A stretch of DNA of 64,000 bases from Azolla caroliniana (Eukaryota > Plantae > Polypodiophyta), in the NCBI GenBank assembly GCA_043228905.1, contig JBHGNT010000021.1, positions 8,618,001 to 8,682,000 on the forward strand. The letters are read 5' to 3'. Positions 1 to 12,595 of this stretch are shown here, in pieces. The notes beneath the pieces are model-generated. The model did no database searches. It saw only the letters and a list, made by a program, of their open reading frames with translations, and was not told the DNA's origin. The position numbers and the translations under genes are program-made. How positions within the stretch are numbered: the stretch's first letter is position 1; every line of letters starts with the position of its first letter.

Positions 1-1919
1 TCTTGAAAATCTTTACTCTTTTTCCCGCAATGGGTACGGCCAACCTTGATCCGTCTAGTTCCGCAAGGTGGTATGTGGCATTATCGTTGGCACTTGTGAC
101 CACATACGGCCCGAACCATCTTCTTGCAAACTTCCTTGCTATACTGTGTTGATTGTCAAGGGTGTTGTCGTAAACCAAAACCCAATCCCCTTCTTCAATC
201 TTCTTGGGACGAAGTCGATGCGTGTTGTCGAACCGAACTTTGTTCTTTACTCGGGTTGCCTTCATCATCTTTCGCGCTTTTTCTAAATCTTCAAGTCTTC
301 TTTCAAGTTGCCTTATCCGCGCCGCTAATAACTCTTCTCGGCTCGTCTCGTTCTCCCACGGTATCGCTACCCATGAGGCGATCGTCCTTTCGATGGGCAT
401 AATCGGCTTTTGTCCATACATAAGCTCCGTCGGCATATACCCTGTCACCGAGCTATGTGTTGTTCTATCGGCCCACAAGGCATAGGGTAATAGTCGTAGC
501 CAATTCCCGACTCGACCGTTGCATGCCCGTATGATGGCTTTAACGATAGGTCCATGCCCTCGCTCGATCTTCCCATTTGCTTCCGGATTGTAGGCAGTCA
601 TGAGGGAGAGCTTCACGCCTAGTCTTTCGAAGAGCTCCGTCGCTTCGTGCGCGTCCAACTCCCCTCGGTCGGCCACTATCTTCCCTACACATCCATATCG
701 GCAAACAACATCTTCAAGTAAAAATTTACAAACGGCTGAAGTCGTCTTATTTGTCAAGGCTCGTCCTTCCACTTGATTTGTCAAGTCTTCCCTTGCGAGC
801 GCTAAGTACTTCATTTGTCCCACTCCCATTGGCATCGAGACCAGATCCACCATCCATTTGAAGTGAATGGTGAGTGGGTATGTCGGCTTTAACTCATCAC
901 GATGACGTATATTTGAATATATTTGGCAAGTTTCACATGTGGACACGAAATGGAGTACATCTTTGTACATGCTTGGCCACCAATACTTCTCCTTCAATTT
1001 TTCGAACGTCGCCCATGTTCCTCTATGACCTGCCTAAGCACTCTCGTGGAATTCGGTCATCAGCGTCTCTTGCTCTTCTTTCTTTACCACCACTCGACGT
1101 GGTATTCCTGTCCTTCTTTTTGGATGTCGCCAAAGGAATCCTCCCTTCAAGAAGTATCGGTAAGCTTTCTTTCGGATTCGTAGGGCCTCCTCCTTTGTTA
1201 ACGAAGCATCTGTCGTCAATGTTCTTAGGAATCTACCGATGAGTAACCATTCTCCTTCGTACTCGTTCTCGTTGAAGGCGTGGAGAGTTTGCGTGTCCTG
1301 GTCTTCCGCCGACAATCGAGCCATCTTGAAGAAGTTGAGGGCGACATCTTCATCTTCCGAAACCATGTTACTTCCATTTGAAAATCTTGCCCTCGACAAC
1401 ATGTCAGCCATGGCGTTCTTCTTCCCTGCGATGTGACGGATCTCTGGGTTTAAAGACTTGATGTAGGCAATCCACCTTAGCATAGCAAGATCTGGGGTCG
1501 CACATCCCGAGACCATTCCGAGAATTGGGAGACAATCTGTCTCTATTATCACTTCTGACCCGATCAGGTAATCTTTGTCCGTCTTCACTACCGACACAAT
1601 ACCCCAAAGTTCCCGTTTGACTTGGGCATATCTTTGTTGCCGTTCGCTGAGAACCTTTGCTCCGAACCGGACGGCATATCGCGCATTATCTTCACCTTCT
1701 TGATTGATGACCCACCCGATTCCGGTTGGGCTCGTATCTACAGTCACGTAAATTGGTTTCCCTTCGGCATAGTCGGCCTTCCTTAGTGCCGGAGCTTCAA
1801 GAAGCAGTTTCTTTAATCTTCGCATCGCCTCTGTGTGCTCGTCTCGCCATTCGAACTTTATTCTTTTCTTTAGTAGTCCATATAACGGTTCGGCGACATG
1901 AGCGTAGTGAGGAATCCAT
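1..1919 (-). pseudogene. G1 pol 3' part (RNase H and integrase), disrupted
   Basis: ORF 1034-1969 carries VDTSPTGIG...VKRELWG...ETDC...ADMLSR; premature TAG at 1034 where G2 has W; integrase homology continues to base 1. Confidence 0.9.
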
Positions 1920-2408
1920 AAAACCCTAAATGGGAAAAACCACGGGAGTCCTCCAACTCCAACTATCACTATACACAGAGATGTACAATGGTGAAGCTAC
2001 AAGGCAACAACCTTGAGCTCACTGCCTTCGCCACAGGCGGCGGTATTACTCCGAGGCGTCGACCTCTTCCTTTCTCTCTCTCTCTCTCTCTCTCGGCTGC
2101 TCTCACTTTGCTCTCTCTGCTGAAAACAAAAAAAATGAGCAACAACAATAAAACTGTTTGCCCTAAGTCATATTTATACACATATGACTTTCGGGTTATT
2201 TACAAATATAGCCTCAAGGGCCCTTGGCAAACATATTCACAAATATGTCCCCGCATCCGGATCTCTCTCCGGGTACATTCGTCATCCGGCTCCGTAGCCG
2301 GGGTCTTCATCATCCGGCTCCGTAGCCGGGACCGTAACTGTAACCGTAACCGGGATTGCCGTTATTCATCTCCGGACATCCCATCCGGAGGGACCGAAAA
2401 TCCCAACA
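1920..2408 (-). repeat. C1 3' LTR, missing its outer 114 bp
   Basis: Matches 6638-7126 (offset 4718); PPT adjacent at 2409-2422 (GTGAAGGGGGAGTT on minus). Confidence 0.93.
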
Positions 2409-2418
2409 AACTCCCCCT

Positions 2419-5400
2419 TCACTTTGGCATGGGATGTCTCTCCAATCCGATCCTCTTCCGGCATGCTTCCAGCTTGTCAGGTGTAAGTACCTTGGTCAGC
2501 ATATCCGACCCGTTCTCGTCCGTGTGGATCTTCGTCAGCACGAACTCCTTGTCTTCTATCCTTTCCCGGATCCAGTGGTATCTACGTTGGATGTGCTTCG
2601 TCCGGGAGTGATAGGCCGCATTCTTCGCAAGGTGGATGGCACTCTGACTGTCGCAGTAGAGTCTGTACTCCTCCTGCCGGATACCGAGCTCTCTAATGAA
2701 GTCCTTCATCCATATCATTTCCTTGCCGGCTTCAACAGCCGCCATGTACTCCGCCTCCGTGGTTGACAATGCAACCGTCTTCTGCAGCCTCGACTGCCAC
2801 GAAACAGCTCCCCCTGCATACGTCATCACATACCCTGATGTGGACCGGCTGGTATCTGCATCAGCCGACATATCCGAATCGGTAAAGCCGTCGAGTTCGG
2901 GCTTACCGGAGCCGAATCGGAGGCACACGTTTGCCGTGCCCTTCAGGTATCGGAGTATCCACTTGACCGCGTTCCAGTGCTCTTTGCCGGGATTGCTCAT
3001 GTACCGGCTCACCACTCCGACTGCATATCCTATGTCCGGTCTTGTACACACCATTGCGTACATCAAGCTTCCGACGGCAGAGGCATATGGTACTTTCATC
3101 ATGTCCTCCTTCTCAGCCTTTGTCTTGGGGCTTTGCTTGCTGGACAGCTTGCAGTTTGCCGGGAGGGTTGACCCGACCGGTCTTGCTTCCGACATGTTGA
3201 ACCGGTGAAGCACCTTTGTCACGTACTTCTCCTGTGACAACCACAACTGCTTCTTCTTCCGGTCCCGGATGATATGCATCCCTAGTATTTGCCTCGCCGG
3301 ACCCAGGTCCTTCATTGAGAAGGTTCGGTGAAGCGCTTTCTTCAGCATCCGTATCTTGCCCTGGTCCCGTCCGACGATCAACATGTCGTCCACATACAGG
3401 AGGAGTATTAGAAAGTCTCCTCCTTCGAACTTCTTCACAAACACGCAGTGATCGGACTGCGTTTTGTGGTACCCTTCGTTGGTCATGAAAGAGTCGAACT
3501 TCCGGTACCATTGCCGGGGAGCCTGCTTCAGTCCGTAAAGGCTCTTCTTCAACCGGCATACCAGGTGCTCCTTCCCTTTCTTCTCGAATCCTTCCGGTTG
3601 CTGCATGTAGATCTCTTCTTCGAGGTCACCGTGAAGGAATGTCGTCTTCACGTCCATCTGTTCTACCTCGAGGTCCATGCTTGCCGCTATGCTCAGCACC
3701 GTCCGGATGGAGGTCATCTTCACTACCGGGGCAAATATCTCGTCGAAGTCGACGCCCTTCTTCTGCTGGAACCCCTTCACCACGATCCTGGCTTTGTATC
3801 TCGGGGGGTTTTCGACATCTCCCGGTTTCAGCTTGAACACCCACTTGTTTCGAAGTGCCCGCTTTCCTTTCGGCAACTCCACAAGTTCATATGTGTGGTT
3901 CTCATGCAAGGAATCCATCTCCTCCTGCATGGCACTTAACCACCTGCGGCTATGGGTGTCAAGCTTTGCTTCTTCAAGACTCTCCGGCTCCCCCTCGTCG
4001 GTTAGCAGCACGTGCTCTGGTTCCGGAAATCTCCGGGGGGCCCTTCTCTCTCTTAGAGGGTATCTCCGTTCCGGAGCTTCGGTAACCGGCTCCTCCGTTT
4101 CCTCTTCATCCGAATCCATTTCGGGATCGGGGCCGGTTCCGGTATCAGTTTTATCTTCCTCGGCCGGTTCTGTTTCTCCACCGTCTTCGGCCGGATCCTC
4201 GAGTGCTAACCGGTCCCTTGCCGGTCGGGACTGCTCTTCGTAGAGTTGATCCTCACCGGTCGACTTGGAGCTCTTCATCTTCTTCTCCGACTCCCAGTCG
4301 GCGAGTGTCTTGTCCTCCATGAAGATGATATCTCGACTCCTGAATATCTTCTTGTCGACCGGGTCCCATACTCGGTAGCCGAACTCGTCGTCACCGTAAC
4401 CGAGGAATATGCATGGCCGGGTCTTTGGATCTAACTTTCCTCTCCGGTCCTTTGCCACATGCACGTATGCGAGACACCCGAACACCTTCAGATGCCGGTA
4501 GGATACTTCCCTACCGGTCCACACTCTCTGCGGCGTGTCTCCGTCCAAAGGTACTGAGGGTGATCTGTTTATCATGTATGTCGCCGTCGACATTGCCTCA
4601 GCCCAAAACCCCTTGGGTAATTTCGCATGCGCCAGCATACTCCGGACCCTCTCCATTATGGTCCGGTTCATCCTCTCGGCCAGCCCGTTCAGTTCCGGCG
4701 TCTTCGGCACAGTAAACTCGAGCCGGATTCCCTTCGAGCGACAGTACTCTGCGAACTGCCCCCGGTATTCCCCTCCGTTATCCGCTCGTATCGCTTTCAG
4801 CTTCTTACCGGATTCTCTTTCCACTCTCGCGTGGAGTTCTTTGAAGACGGACAATACTTGGTCCTTTGTCTTCAACGGTGCCGTCCACAGCTTCCGGCTA
4901 TGGTCATCTATGAATGTTACGAAGTACTGGGCTCCGCCATGTGACTTCGTTTCTACCTGACACACATCAGTGTGTACCAACTCCAATGGTACATTACGTC
5001 TCGTCGGTGGCCTTGAGTGGAAGGAGGTTCGGTTCTGTTTACCGGCCAGGCAATCGGTGCACTTCTCCAGGTGCACATGCTTCACTGGAATAAGGTTGTC
5101 TTCTGCAAGCCTCTTCATCCCCTTCTCGCTCATGTGACACAGTCTCTTGTGCCACAGCTCACCGGCAGTATCGGCTGCCACGTTCAGCTCCTCCGGACAT
5201 AGCCAGGAATTCATCAGGTACAGTGTATTGACCTTCCGGGCCCGAGCCACTATCAGGCTCCCTTTGCTGAACTTCATGACACCGTTCCGGATGCTACCCG
5301 TGTAGCCTACATCATCTAGCCTCCCGGCCGAGATCAGGTTCAATCGGACCTCCGGAACGTGTCGAACATCCTTCAGCAGCATCTTGCATCCGGTTGATGT

Positions 5401-6492
5401 CATCAGCCACACATCTCCTATGCCGGCAATCCGGCATGTGCCTTCATTTCCCATCCGGACACAGCCGTGCTCACCGGCTGTGTAGGATGAGAAGTATTTC
5501 TTCTCCGGGGTCAGGTGGAACGACGCTCCGGAATCGACCACCCAGGTCATCTCTACACCGGCAAGGTTCAGCTCCCTCTCTTCGGTAATGAGCATTATCT
5601 CTTCTTCACTTGCCGCGAGTGCCGTCGTTCCTTTCCGGTCCTGCCCTCGCTGATCCGGACCTCTCCGGTCCGTGGCTCCCCGGTATGCACCGTTTCTCTC
5701 CGGTGACTTCTTCGAATCGGTGTCGTCGGCTCCGTTGTCCTTTCGGTAATGCCGACAATTCTTCCGGAAGTGCCCCGGCTTCCCACAGTGGAAGCATGTG
5801 GGCCTTCCTCTTGACTGCGACCGGGTCCCCGACTTCTCCCGTCTTTGCGGACTCCGGTTCCATTGTCTTCCCCGATCCGATTCGGTAAGCAGCATCTTCG
5901 GATCGGAAACCGGTTCTTTATCTCTCCGACGCGCTTCTTCGTTCAAAATGCTTGTCTTTACCGTTTGTAGAGACAAGTTATCTTCGGTGCAGGAGGTGCT
6001 GAGAGTCACCACCAAGTTCTCCCAGCTTTCCGGCAATGTACACATCAGAATGATGGCTTGCATTGCATCCTCCAACGGGAACTTGATCGCCGCAAGCTGG
6101 TTCACGAATCCCATGAACGTGCTCACGTGTTCCACCATATTCTCGCCGTCCCGGTACTTGAGGTTCACTATCTTCCTCATCAGGGAGGTCCGGTTCAACG
6201 CATTCTTCCTCTCGTAGAGGCCCGACAGCTTCTTCCACATCTCATATGCGTTGGTGTCGTTCGCCACATGTTGTAGAACGCTTACATCGACATATTGCCG
6301 GATCGTCGCTACGGCTTTCCGGTTCAGGAGCTTCCACTCCGACTCGATTACCCCCTTGGGTATCTCGGCATTGTCGATCGGTTCATACAGGTCTCGGACG
6401 ATGAGAAGGTCTTCCATCTTTATCTTCCAGTCGGCGTAGTTCTGTGAGTTCAACACCATCATGCCCGGAGGCCCACTACCGCCGCCTTCCAT
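2419..6492 (-). CDS. Copia Gag-Pol polyprotein (gag, zinc knuckle, PR, INT, RT, RNase H)
   Basis: CFHCGKPGHFRKNC; WVVDSGAS; LWHKRLCH...CTDC; HTD...RADNGGEY...NGLAER; [30 protein letters not shown]; FTDSD...SDMLTK. Confidence 0.97.
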   Translation of the reverse strand: MEGGGSGPPGMMVLNSQNYADWKIKMEDLLIVRDLYEPIDNAEIPKGVIESEWKLLNRKAVATIRQYVDVSVLQHVANDTNAYEMWKKLSGLYERKNALNRTSLMRKIVNLKYRDGENMVEHVSTFMGFVNQLAAIKFPLEDAMQAIILMCTLPESWENLVVTLSTSCTEDNLSLQTVKTSILNEEARRRDKEPVSDPKMLLTESDRGRQWNRSPQRREKSGTRSQSRGRPTCFHCGKPGHFRKNCRHYRKDNGADDTDSKKSPERNGAYRGATDRRGPDQRGQDRKGTTALAASEEEIMLITEERELNLAGVEMTWVVDSGASFHLTPEKKYFSSYTAGEHGCVRMGNEGTCRIAGIGDVWLMTSTGCKMLLKDVRHVPEVRLNLISAGRLDDVGYTGSIRNGVMKFSKGSLIVARARKVNTLYLMNSWLCPEELNVAADTAGELWHKRLCHMSEKGMKRLAEDNLIPVKHVHLEKCTDCLAGKQNRTSFHSRPPTRRNVPLELVHTDVCQVETKSHGGAQYFVTFIDDHSRKLWTAPLKTKDQVLSVFKELHARVERESGKKLKAIRADNGGEYRGQFAEYCRSKGIRLEFTVPKTPELNGLAERMNRTIMERVRSMLAHAKLPKGFWAEAMSTATYMINRSPSVPLDGDTPQRVWTGREVSYRHLKVFGCLAYVHVAKDRRGKLDPKTRPCIFLGYGDDEFGYRVWDPVDKKIFRSRDIIFMEDKTLADWESEKKMKSSKSTGEDQLYEEQSRPARDRLALEDPAEDGGETEPAEEDKTDTGTGPDPEMDSDEEETEEPVTEAPERRYPLRERRAPRRFPEPEHVLLTDEGEPESLEEAKLDTHSRRWLSAMQEEMDSLHENHTYELVELPKGKRALRNKWVFKLKPGDVENPPRYKARIVVKGFQQKKGVDFDEIFAPVVKMTSIRTVLSIAASMDLEVEQMDVKTTFLHGDLEEEIYMQQPEGFEKKGKEHLVCRLKKSLYGLKQAPRQWYRKFDSFMTNEGYHKTQSDHCVFVKKFEGGDFLILLLYVDDMLIVGRDQGKIRMLKKALHRTFSMKDLGPARQILGMHIIRDRKKKQLWLSQEKYVTKVLHRFNMSEARPVGSTLPANCKLSSKQSPKTKAEKEDMMKVPYASAVGSLMYAMVCTRPDIGYAVGVVSRYMSNPGKEHWNAVKWILRYLKGTANVCLRFGSGKPELDGFTDSDMSADADTSRSTSGYVMTYAGGAVSWQSRLQKTVALSTTEAEYMAAVEAGKEMIWMKDFIRELGIRQEEYRLYCDSQSAIHLAKNAAYHSRTKHIQRRYHWIRERIEDKEFVLTKIHTDENGSDMLTKVLTPDKLEACRKRIGLERHPMPK

Positions 6493-6508
6493 TTTCTGTG
6501 TTACCGTC

Positions 6509-6520
6509 GCTCTGATACCA
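6509..6520 (-). promoter_or_regulatory. Primer binding site, initiator tRNA-Met
   Basis: TGGTATCAGAGC 3 nt inside the 5' LTR. Confidence 0.95.
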
Positions 6521-6523
6521 AAT

Positions 6524-7126
6524 TGTTGAACAACAATGCTCGGCCACCACCAAGTAGTAGTATCGATTCACAGAAAACGGGAAATACAAAATGCACGAAG
6601 ACAATAGAGAGAAGAGTACACAGGATGTTTTACGTGGAAAACCCTAAATGGGAAAAACCACGGGAGTCCTCCAACTCCAACTATCACTATACACAGAGAT
6701 GTACAATGGTGAAGCTACAAGGCAACAACCTTGAGCTCACTGCCTTCGCCACAGGCGGCGGTATTACTCCGAGGCGTCGACCTCTTCCTTTCTCTCTCTC
6801 TCTCTCTCTCTCGGCTGCTCTCACTTTGCTCTCTCTGCTGAAAACAAAAAAAATGAGCAACAACAATAAAACTGTTTGCCCTAAGTCATATTTATACACA
6901 TATGACTTTCGGGTTATTTACAAATATAGCCTCAAGGGCCCTTGGCAAACATATTCACAAATATGTCCCCGCATCCGGATCTCTCTCCGGGTACATTCGT
7001 CATCCGGCTCCGTAGCCGGGGTCTTCATCATCCGGCTCCGTAGCCGGGACCGTAACTGTAACCGTAACCGGGATTGCCGTTATTCATCTCCGGACATCCC
7101 ATCCGGAGGGACCGAAAATCCCAACA
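6524..7126 (-). repeat. C1 5' LTR (603 bp, TG...CA)
   Basis: TGTTG/CAACA termini; TATAAATA on minus near 6890; duplicated at 1920-2408. Confidence 0.95.
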
Positions 7127-8316
7127 TGAACATCCTTTTATCGGAATATCATCCAAGAATGGCATCGTGATGTCCGGAATGCAATCCTTCAAGACTTTAT
7201 TCATGGCATTCACCATATGAGCCACCGAGTTCGTTGCGCCTTGGGGTAAGGTACACATCCGCACAAGCCCGATCGGAGTCCTCATGGTTGTAATGTCCCG
7301 ACTGTCGATCGCCAATTGGAATTGGTCATATCCGGAGTAGAGATCGCCAATGGAGTAGATGGACCGGCCCGCAAACGCTTTGGCAAATTCGTCCACGCTC
7401 GGACCGATTCCGGCATTTCAAATTGTCACCTTGTTGACGGGTTGAAGATCTTGGATGAATCGCAATGATCCATTCTTCTTCGGCACCGTGGACCACCTAT
7501 TGGAATAAGGAGCATTCGACGGTTCTAGAATTCCCATACTCACCTTCTCCTTTAAGAGCTCGATCAGCTTCGGAAGGTGTGCTCTCGGAACCGGTATCGG
7601 TTTCAAGTTCCAAGGCACATGAGGCACCGTGAAGATCACCATCGGCTCTATAACCTTTGGGTCAGCGCATCCGATTTCTCGTGGGAAGAATGTGAAAGCC
7701 TTCCCATGTCTCTCAAGCATATCGCGAAACATTCGGTCCTCTTCAGGGAGAAGGAAATTCTCCTTTCCAACTCGTAGCTTCCCCTTCGTCTCTTTGGTGA
7801 AGACATGACCTATCTTCTTCGGATCTCTTAAGCTTGGATTGTTAGCGACTTCCTTCATCTTTTGCCAGCTATCTTCCGGTAGCGGAACCGCAACTGGCTT
7901 GATCTTCTTATCCACTGTTTTATATTTCGTGTTGATGTCAGCTTCCTCCATCGAAATGCCACGACGGTATTCATCGATGATAGCGTACATGTTGATGGAG
8001 TTAACCGAAATCATGCATTGGTTGTGAAGATAGCTCAAGTCCACGACGTCCTCGATTTCGCCGATGGTGTCGTTAAATGAGGCTTCTTCCATAATATGAG
8101 TCACGAACTCCCCTTCTTCTATTATGTTCTCTTCTTTCAGCATCTTCTCGAATTCTTGTATCCGGTGCTTGTGCTTCTTGTCGGGTAGTACTAGTTTGCA
8201 TGCGCCACTAGGTGTGACACATGTTGCTTCTCCTTGCAATCCACGCACTCTTCTTTCTTGTGGGGTCTTGTGATTGCTCGGACTATTTGTGCCCCATGCT
8301 TCAATAGTCCGCTCTA
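7127..8316 (-). pseudogene. G1 pol 5' part (RT N-terminal half)
   Basis: ORFs 7418-8248 and 7028-7396 (KKNGSLRFIQDL, DLYSGYDQ, LPQG, FLDD), split by an in-frame TGA at 7418 where G2 has R. Confidence 0.9.
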
Positions 8317-10509
8317 AAAATCCGAGGATTCACCTCCGAGACTATCTCGATTCCTTTCATGATTGGCTCGCACCGTTAGGAATTGGACCGATCTTTGGTT
8401 GTCAAGACTCTTTATTCGTGCGAAGGCTGCTCCATTATCAAACACTCTGGTCTCCATCCGAGATGATGTGATATAAGGTTGCCCTAGGATGATAGGATGC
8501 GACGCCGATTCTTGTACGAAGAAGTGTTGATCCATCTCCACATCCCCGATCGTGACTTTGACATTGGGACAAGCTCCGTACAAGTCCTCCGTAGACTTTG
8601 TTGCCGCGCGAATCTTCCATCCGTGGTTTGTATTGATTGGCCATCTTCCCCTTTTGTAGAAGTCGATTGACATGAGGTTGATCTCCGAGCCGTGGTCGAT
8701 CAAGGCTACGACGGTCTCTTTCTTCTCCCCGATCTTCACCGGCGTCTCCGTTGTCGCTCGTGCCCAATGAGGTCGAGTGTAGTGGCTGTCCACCATATCT
8801 TCATCGATTTCGTCTCTTGCCATCGTTATGGCATTCGTTTTTGCTTTTTGCGGCTTCTCTTCTTCCTCGTCCGATTGTTGTCTCTTTCTCTTTACAAGGT
8901 CCACGATCGTGTCATGGAACTCCTTCTTCGTAATGCCAAGCAATTCCCTCAAGGACAAAGTTACGTGGCTATCAAGAACTCGTTCTTCGAGAATCTTCTT
9001 TAGGTCCGTCGTCTGCTCTATGTCCGACCTTAGCTTATAGGTAGGTATAGTCCTTGTCCTCCGAGTGGGGTCTTCGACACCAACCTTCACGGGCCGAACC
9101 GTTTCTTCAACTCGTATGCTTGGCTCCCCTTTTCGGCTTGATTCTCGTTCCTCCGTTTGTAAAGGTCGACTCGTCTCCGTATCGTCCTTCTTTTTCGCGT
9201 TCCTTGTTTCATGTCTTTTTGATGGGCCTTGCTCTTCTATTCTCTTTCTCTTTTCTTCGACGAACACCTCGTGGTTGTCGCACATCACCTCTGCGAGTAT
9301 GGTGTTGTCGTCCACCGGATCCGACCACCCGGTTATGCTTTGCACGTTTCGGTCCGCAAGCTCTACCTCGTTCGATGTGACTTTTCCCTTCTTCTCATAT
9401 TCGAGAACGGAAGTCCAAAACTTTGCTCCCGCTCTAGCAGCTTCAGTCTTGTCTTTCCCGACTCTTATTCCGGCCGACGCAGCATAGTGCATCGCATCCA
9501 CATGAGTCGCATCAGCATCCTCCATAGATTTCTTCATTCCTCCTCTTCCAAAATTCACCCGTAGGGGTCTTCTAGTCTCGCTTGAGCAGATCATGTTGTC
9601 CTCTATGTATACGATATTTTGTTGAATCGCCTCTCGAAGGCTCGCACAATCCCTTCTCATGTGGTCCATGCTATCGCACCACACGCATCTAAAGGGTTCT
9701 TTTCCTTTAGGGCCCCGACGATTCATGTTGGCTAGCGTGACCTTCTCGAACTTCTTCGCTAGCTCTTCGATGATGTCGTCATCAATCTTCTTTTCTTCCA
9801 CGTTACTTTGTCTCAGCGGCTCAGCTACTTTCGGCGGTCTTGCTTTCTCCGTGGTAGTCGGTCCCGTCATGTTGGTGTCATCAACCCATTGGCGACGCTT
9901 GTCGAGCCTATTGCATGCCCGCTTCACCGCGATCCAGTCCGCTACGAGCCCATTTGCTTGGGTATCATCTTCGAGAAGAGTCCCCAACTCCCGTCTATCC
10001 TTTATGTCCACGGCCTTCAAGAAGTACAAAGTCTTGTCCTCTTCAAGCAACACTTGGTCCGTATTGGGGAGACGACTAAACATCTGGTCGAATTCGTCGT
10101 ACACCCTCGAGACGCTCTTCTTATTCTTCTTCTCTATCCACTTCATCAGGGCATGTCGAGTCATCCTCTTTGAGTCTTCAGTCACGAACTCCGCTAGTAT
10201 CGTTTTCTCGAACTCGGTCCATGTTGTCTTACCTTCTTGAAGCTCGAGGACGCGTCTTTGGATGTTGTTGGCGACAACTCTCTTGAAGCTTGCGATTTGA
10301 CGTGCCTCGGACACGTCCCTCTGATTCATCTCCCTTCTATATGCATCAAGGAACTTCATAACGTTCCTTCCATCGAATTGGCCCTCGAGCTCTACGACAC
10401 GATCGACAACCTTCTCCACGCTCGCGTCGTTGTCCCGAGATCTCATCATTTGCTCGACGATTAGCATCATCCTTTCGAGCTCTCCTGCTTGGTTGCTTGA
10501 GGACGCCAT
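8314..10509 (-). CDS. G1 Gag-protease ORF
   Basis: About 730 aa; zinc knuckle CVWCDSMDHMRRDC; protease LIDHGSEIN...IILGQPY. Confidence 0.9.
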   Translation of the reverse strand: MASSSNQAGELERMMLIVEQMMRSRDNDASVEKVVDRVVELEGQFDGRNVMKFLDAYRREMNQRDVSEARQIASFKRVVANNIQRRVLELQEGKTTWTEFEKTILAEFVTEDSKRMTRHALMKWIEKKNKKSVSRVYDEFDQMFSRLPNTDQVLLEEDKTLYFLKAVDIKDRRELGTLLEDDTQANGLVADWIAVKRACNRLDKRRQWVDDTNMTGPTTTEKARPPKVAEPLRQSNVEEKKIDDDIIEELAKKFEKVTLANMNRRGPKGKEPFRCVWCDSMDHMRRDCASLREAIQQNIVYIEDNMICSSETRRPLRVNFGRGGMKKSMEDADATHVDAMHYAASAGIRVGKDKTEAARAGAKFWTSVLEYEKKGKVTSNEVELADRNVQSITGWSDPVDDNTILAEVMCDNHEVFVEEKRKRIEEQGPSKRHETRNAKKKDDTETSRPLQTEERESSRKGEPSIRVEETVRPVKVGVEDPTRRTRTIPTYKLRSDIEQTTDLKKILEERVLDSHVTLSLRELLGITKKEFHDTIVDLVKRKRQQSDEEEEKPQKAKTNAITMARDEIDEDMVDSHYTRPHWARATTETPVKIGEKKETVVALIDHGSEINLMSIDFYKRGRWPINTNHGWKIRAATKSTEDLYGACPNVKVTIGDVEMDQHFFVQESASHPIILGQPYITSSRMETRVFDNGAAFARIKSLDNQRSVQFLTVRANHERNRDSLGGESSDF

Positions 10510-10550
10510 CTCCAAGTATTAATCTCGACTTGATCCTTCCTACCACCTCT

Positions 10551-10568
10551 TTCACGTCGGGTTCACCA
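10551..10568 (-). promoter_or_regulatory. PBS complementary to the tRNA-Trp 3' end
   Basis: TGGTGAACCCGACGTGAA; identical 18-mer at 31876-31893 and 34118-34135. Confidence 0.88.
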
Positions 10569-10576
10569 CTTTATTA

Positions 10577-11642
10577 TGTCGTGAAGATCCGTCACTACGC
10601 GCGAATCGTGAGGCGGAACCGCCGGGGTTCTGGACCAGAAGGATTTAGAGTCGATACAAGCTTTGGCGAGAAAGTACTTAAGATAGATTGGGAAAGAGAG
10701 AAGTTGAGATTACACGATCAATTTGATAACGAATTTCTTCCTCTTAATTTTCATAAAAAAAACCGTGTTTTTTCTCCTCCCCCTTCCCTCTTTTATAGAT
10801 GCTCTCATGCACATGATGCATGTGAGGGTACAAGACATGCATAAATTGCATGTTTGCCATTTGGCGCTTATGTATTACATGTGGTGCATGATAACCATGT
10901 CACTCATTTTAGTTCTCATGTATGAAAATTTACATGTAAAAGTACAATGATAGAAATATAATTTCAACTAAATAGCATGGCTTAATAGTAAGCCATTTGA
11001 CTCCTAACTTGGAGGTGCATGGTTCGAATCCTTACTTGCCTTCCTTGTATATGTAAATATGTATATATATTTATATATTTATTTATCTAGTCGGCGTCCA
11101 TATTTATTTATCTAGTCGCCGGACGCCGCCGCCAGATACCGGTGCCTCGCCGGATATCGGTGCCGCCGCCGGATGCCGTCGGTTACCGGTGCCTTGCCCG
11201 ATGCCCTCGCCGGATTCCGTCGGATGCCGCCAGATCATCGGCTCCATCGCTGGTCCGGTTTTGGTTGGCCAAAACCCTTTACGAGTAGCTAGCCCACCTC
11301 CACTCTTAGTTCAAGTTACCTTGAACTCTCTATGCTCCACACATAAACACAAAGATAATATCTTTTGCTCCACCTTATATATGATGAGAGCTGTATTTGT
11401 CGTGCCTATGTGGGATATCTCATCATTTTCTCCTTTCCTTTTACAAACTTTATACCCTCATATCTTGACATTTAGTTGTCCGTTTCTCGTGTAATAAAGT
11501 GCATTCGAAACCTCCATCATTTTGTACTTAGATATTAAATCTATTTAAAATGTTATCTTTACAATTATTGTACTACGTGATTCATACTCGATTTCTTACG
11601 TTTTATAGGATTTTCACACTATTGCCGAAAATCTTCACGACA
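10577..11642 (-). repeat. G1 5' LTR (1066 bp)
   Basis: 12-bp perfect terminal inverted repeat TGTCGTGAAGAT...ATCTTCACGACA; TATAAAA on minus near 10795; next to PBS. Confidence 0.88.
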
Positions 11643-11654
11643 GCGGTGTTGCCA

Positions 11655-12595
<941 letters not shown>

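Larger units (their letters stand above)
1920..7126 (-). mobile_element. Ty1/copia LTR retrotransposon C1 (Tnt1/Tork-like), young, nested in G1 RT
   Basis: Intact 1357-aa ORF, tRNA-iMet PBS, PPT, two LTRs with no difference seen over the shared 489 bp. Confidence 0.96.
1..11642 (-). mobile_element. Ty3/gypsy LTR retrotransposon, Phygy-like (element G1); 3' end outside the window; interrupted by a copia
   Basis: 5' LTR 10577-11642, tRNA-Trp PBS, gag-PR ORF, then RT-RH-INT in gypsy order; homologous to the intact element at 25385-32689. Confidence 0.92.

Noticed and set aside
1920-1930. Telomere-like AAACCCTAAA at the deletion breakpoint (telomere healing?)
   Set aside because: The same motif is native to the intact LTR at 6639
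1988-2611. 207-aa and 215-aa ORFs spanning the C1 LTRs
   Set aside because: Antisense, low-complexity and microsatellite-derived; duplicated only because the LTR is
10972-11040. Bona fide tRNA genes in LTRs
   Set aside because: Acceptor and anticodon stems are imperfect; reported only as tRNA-like modules
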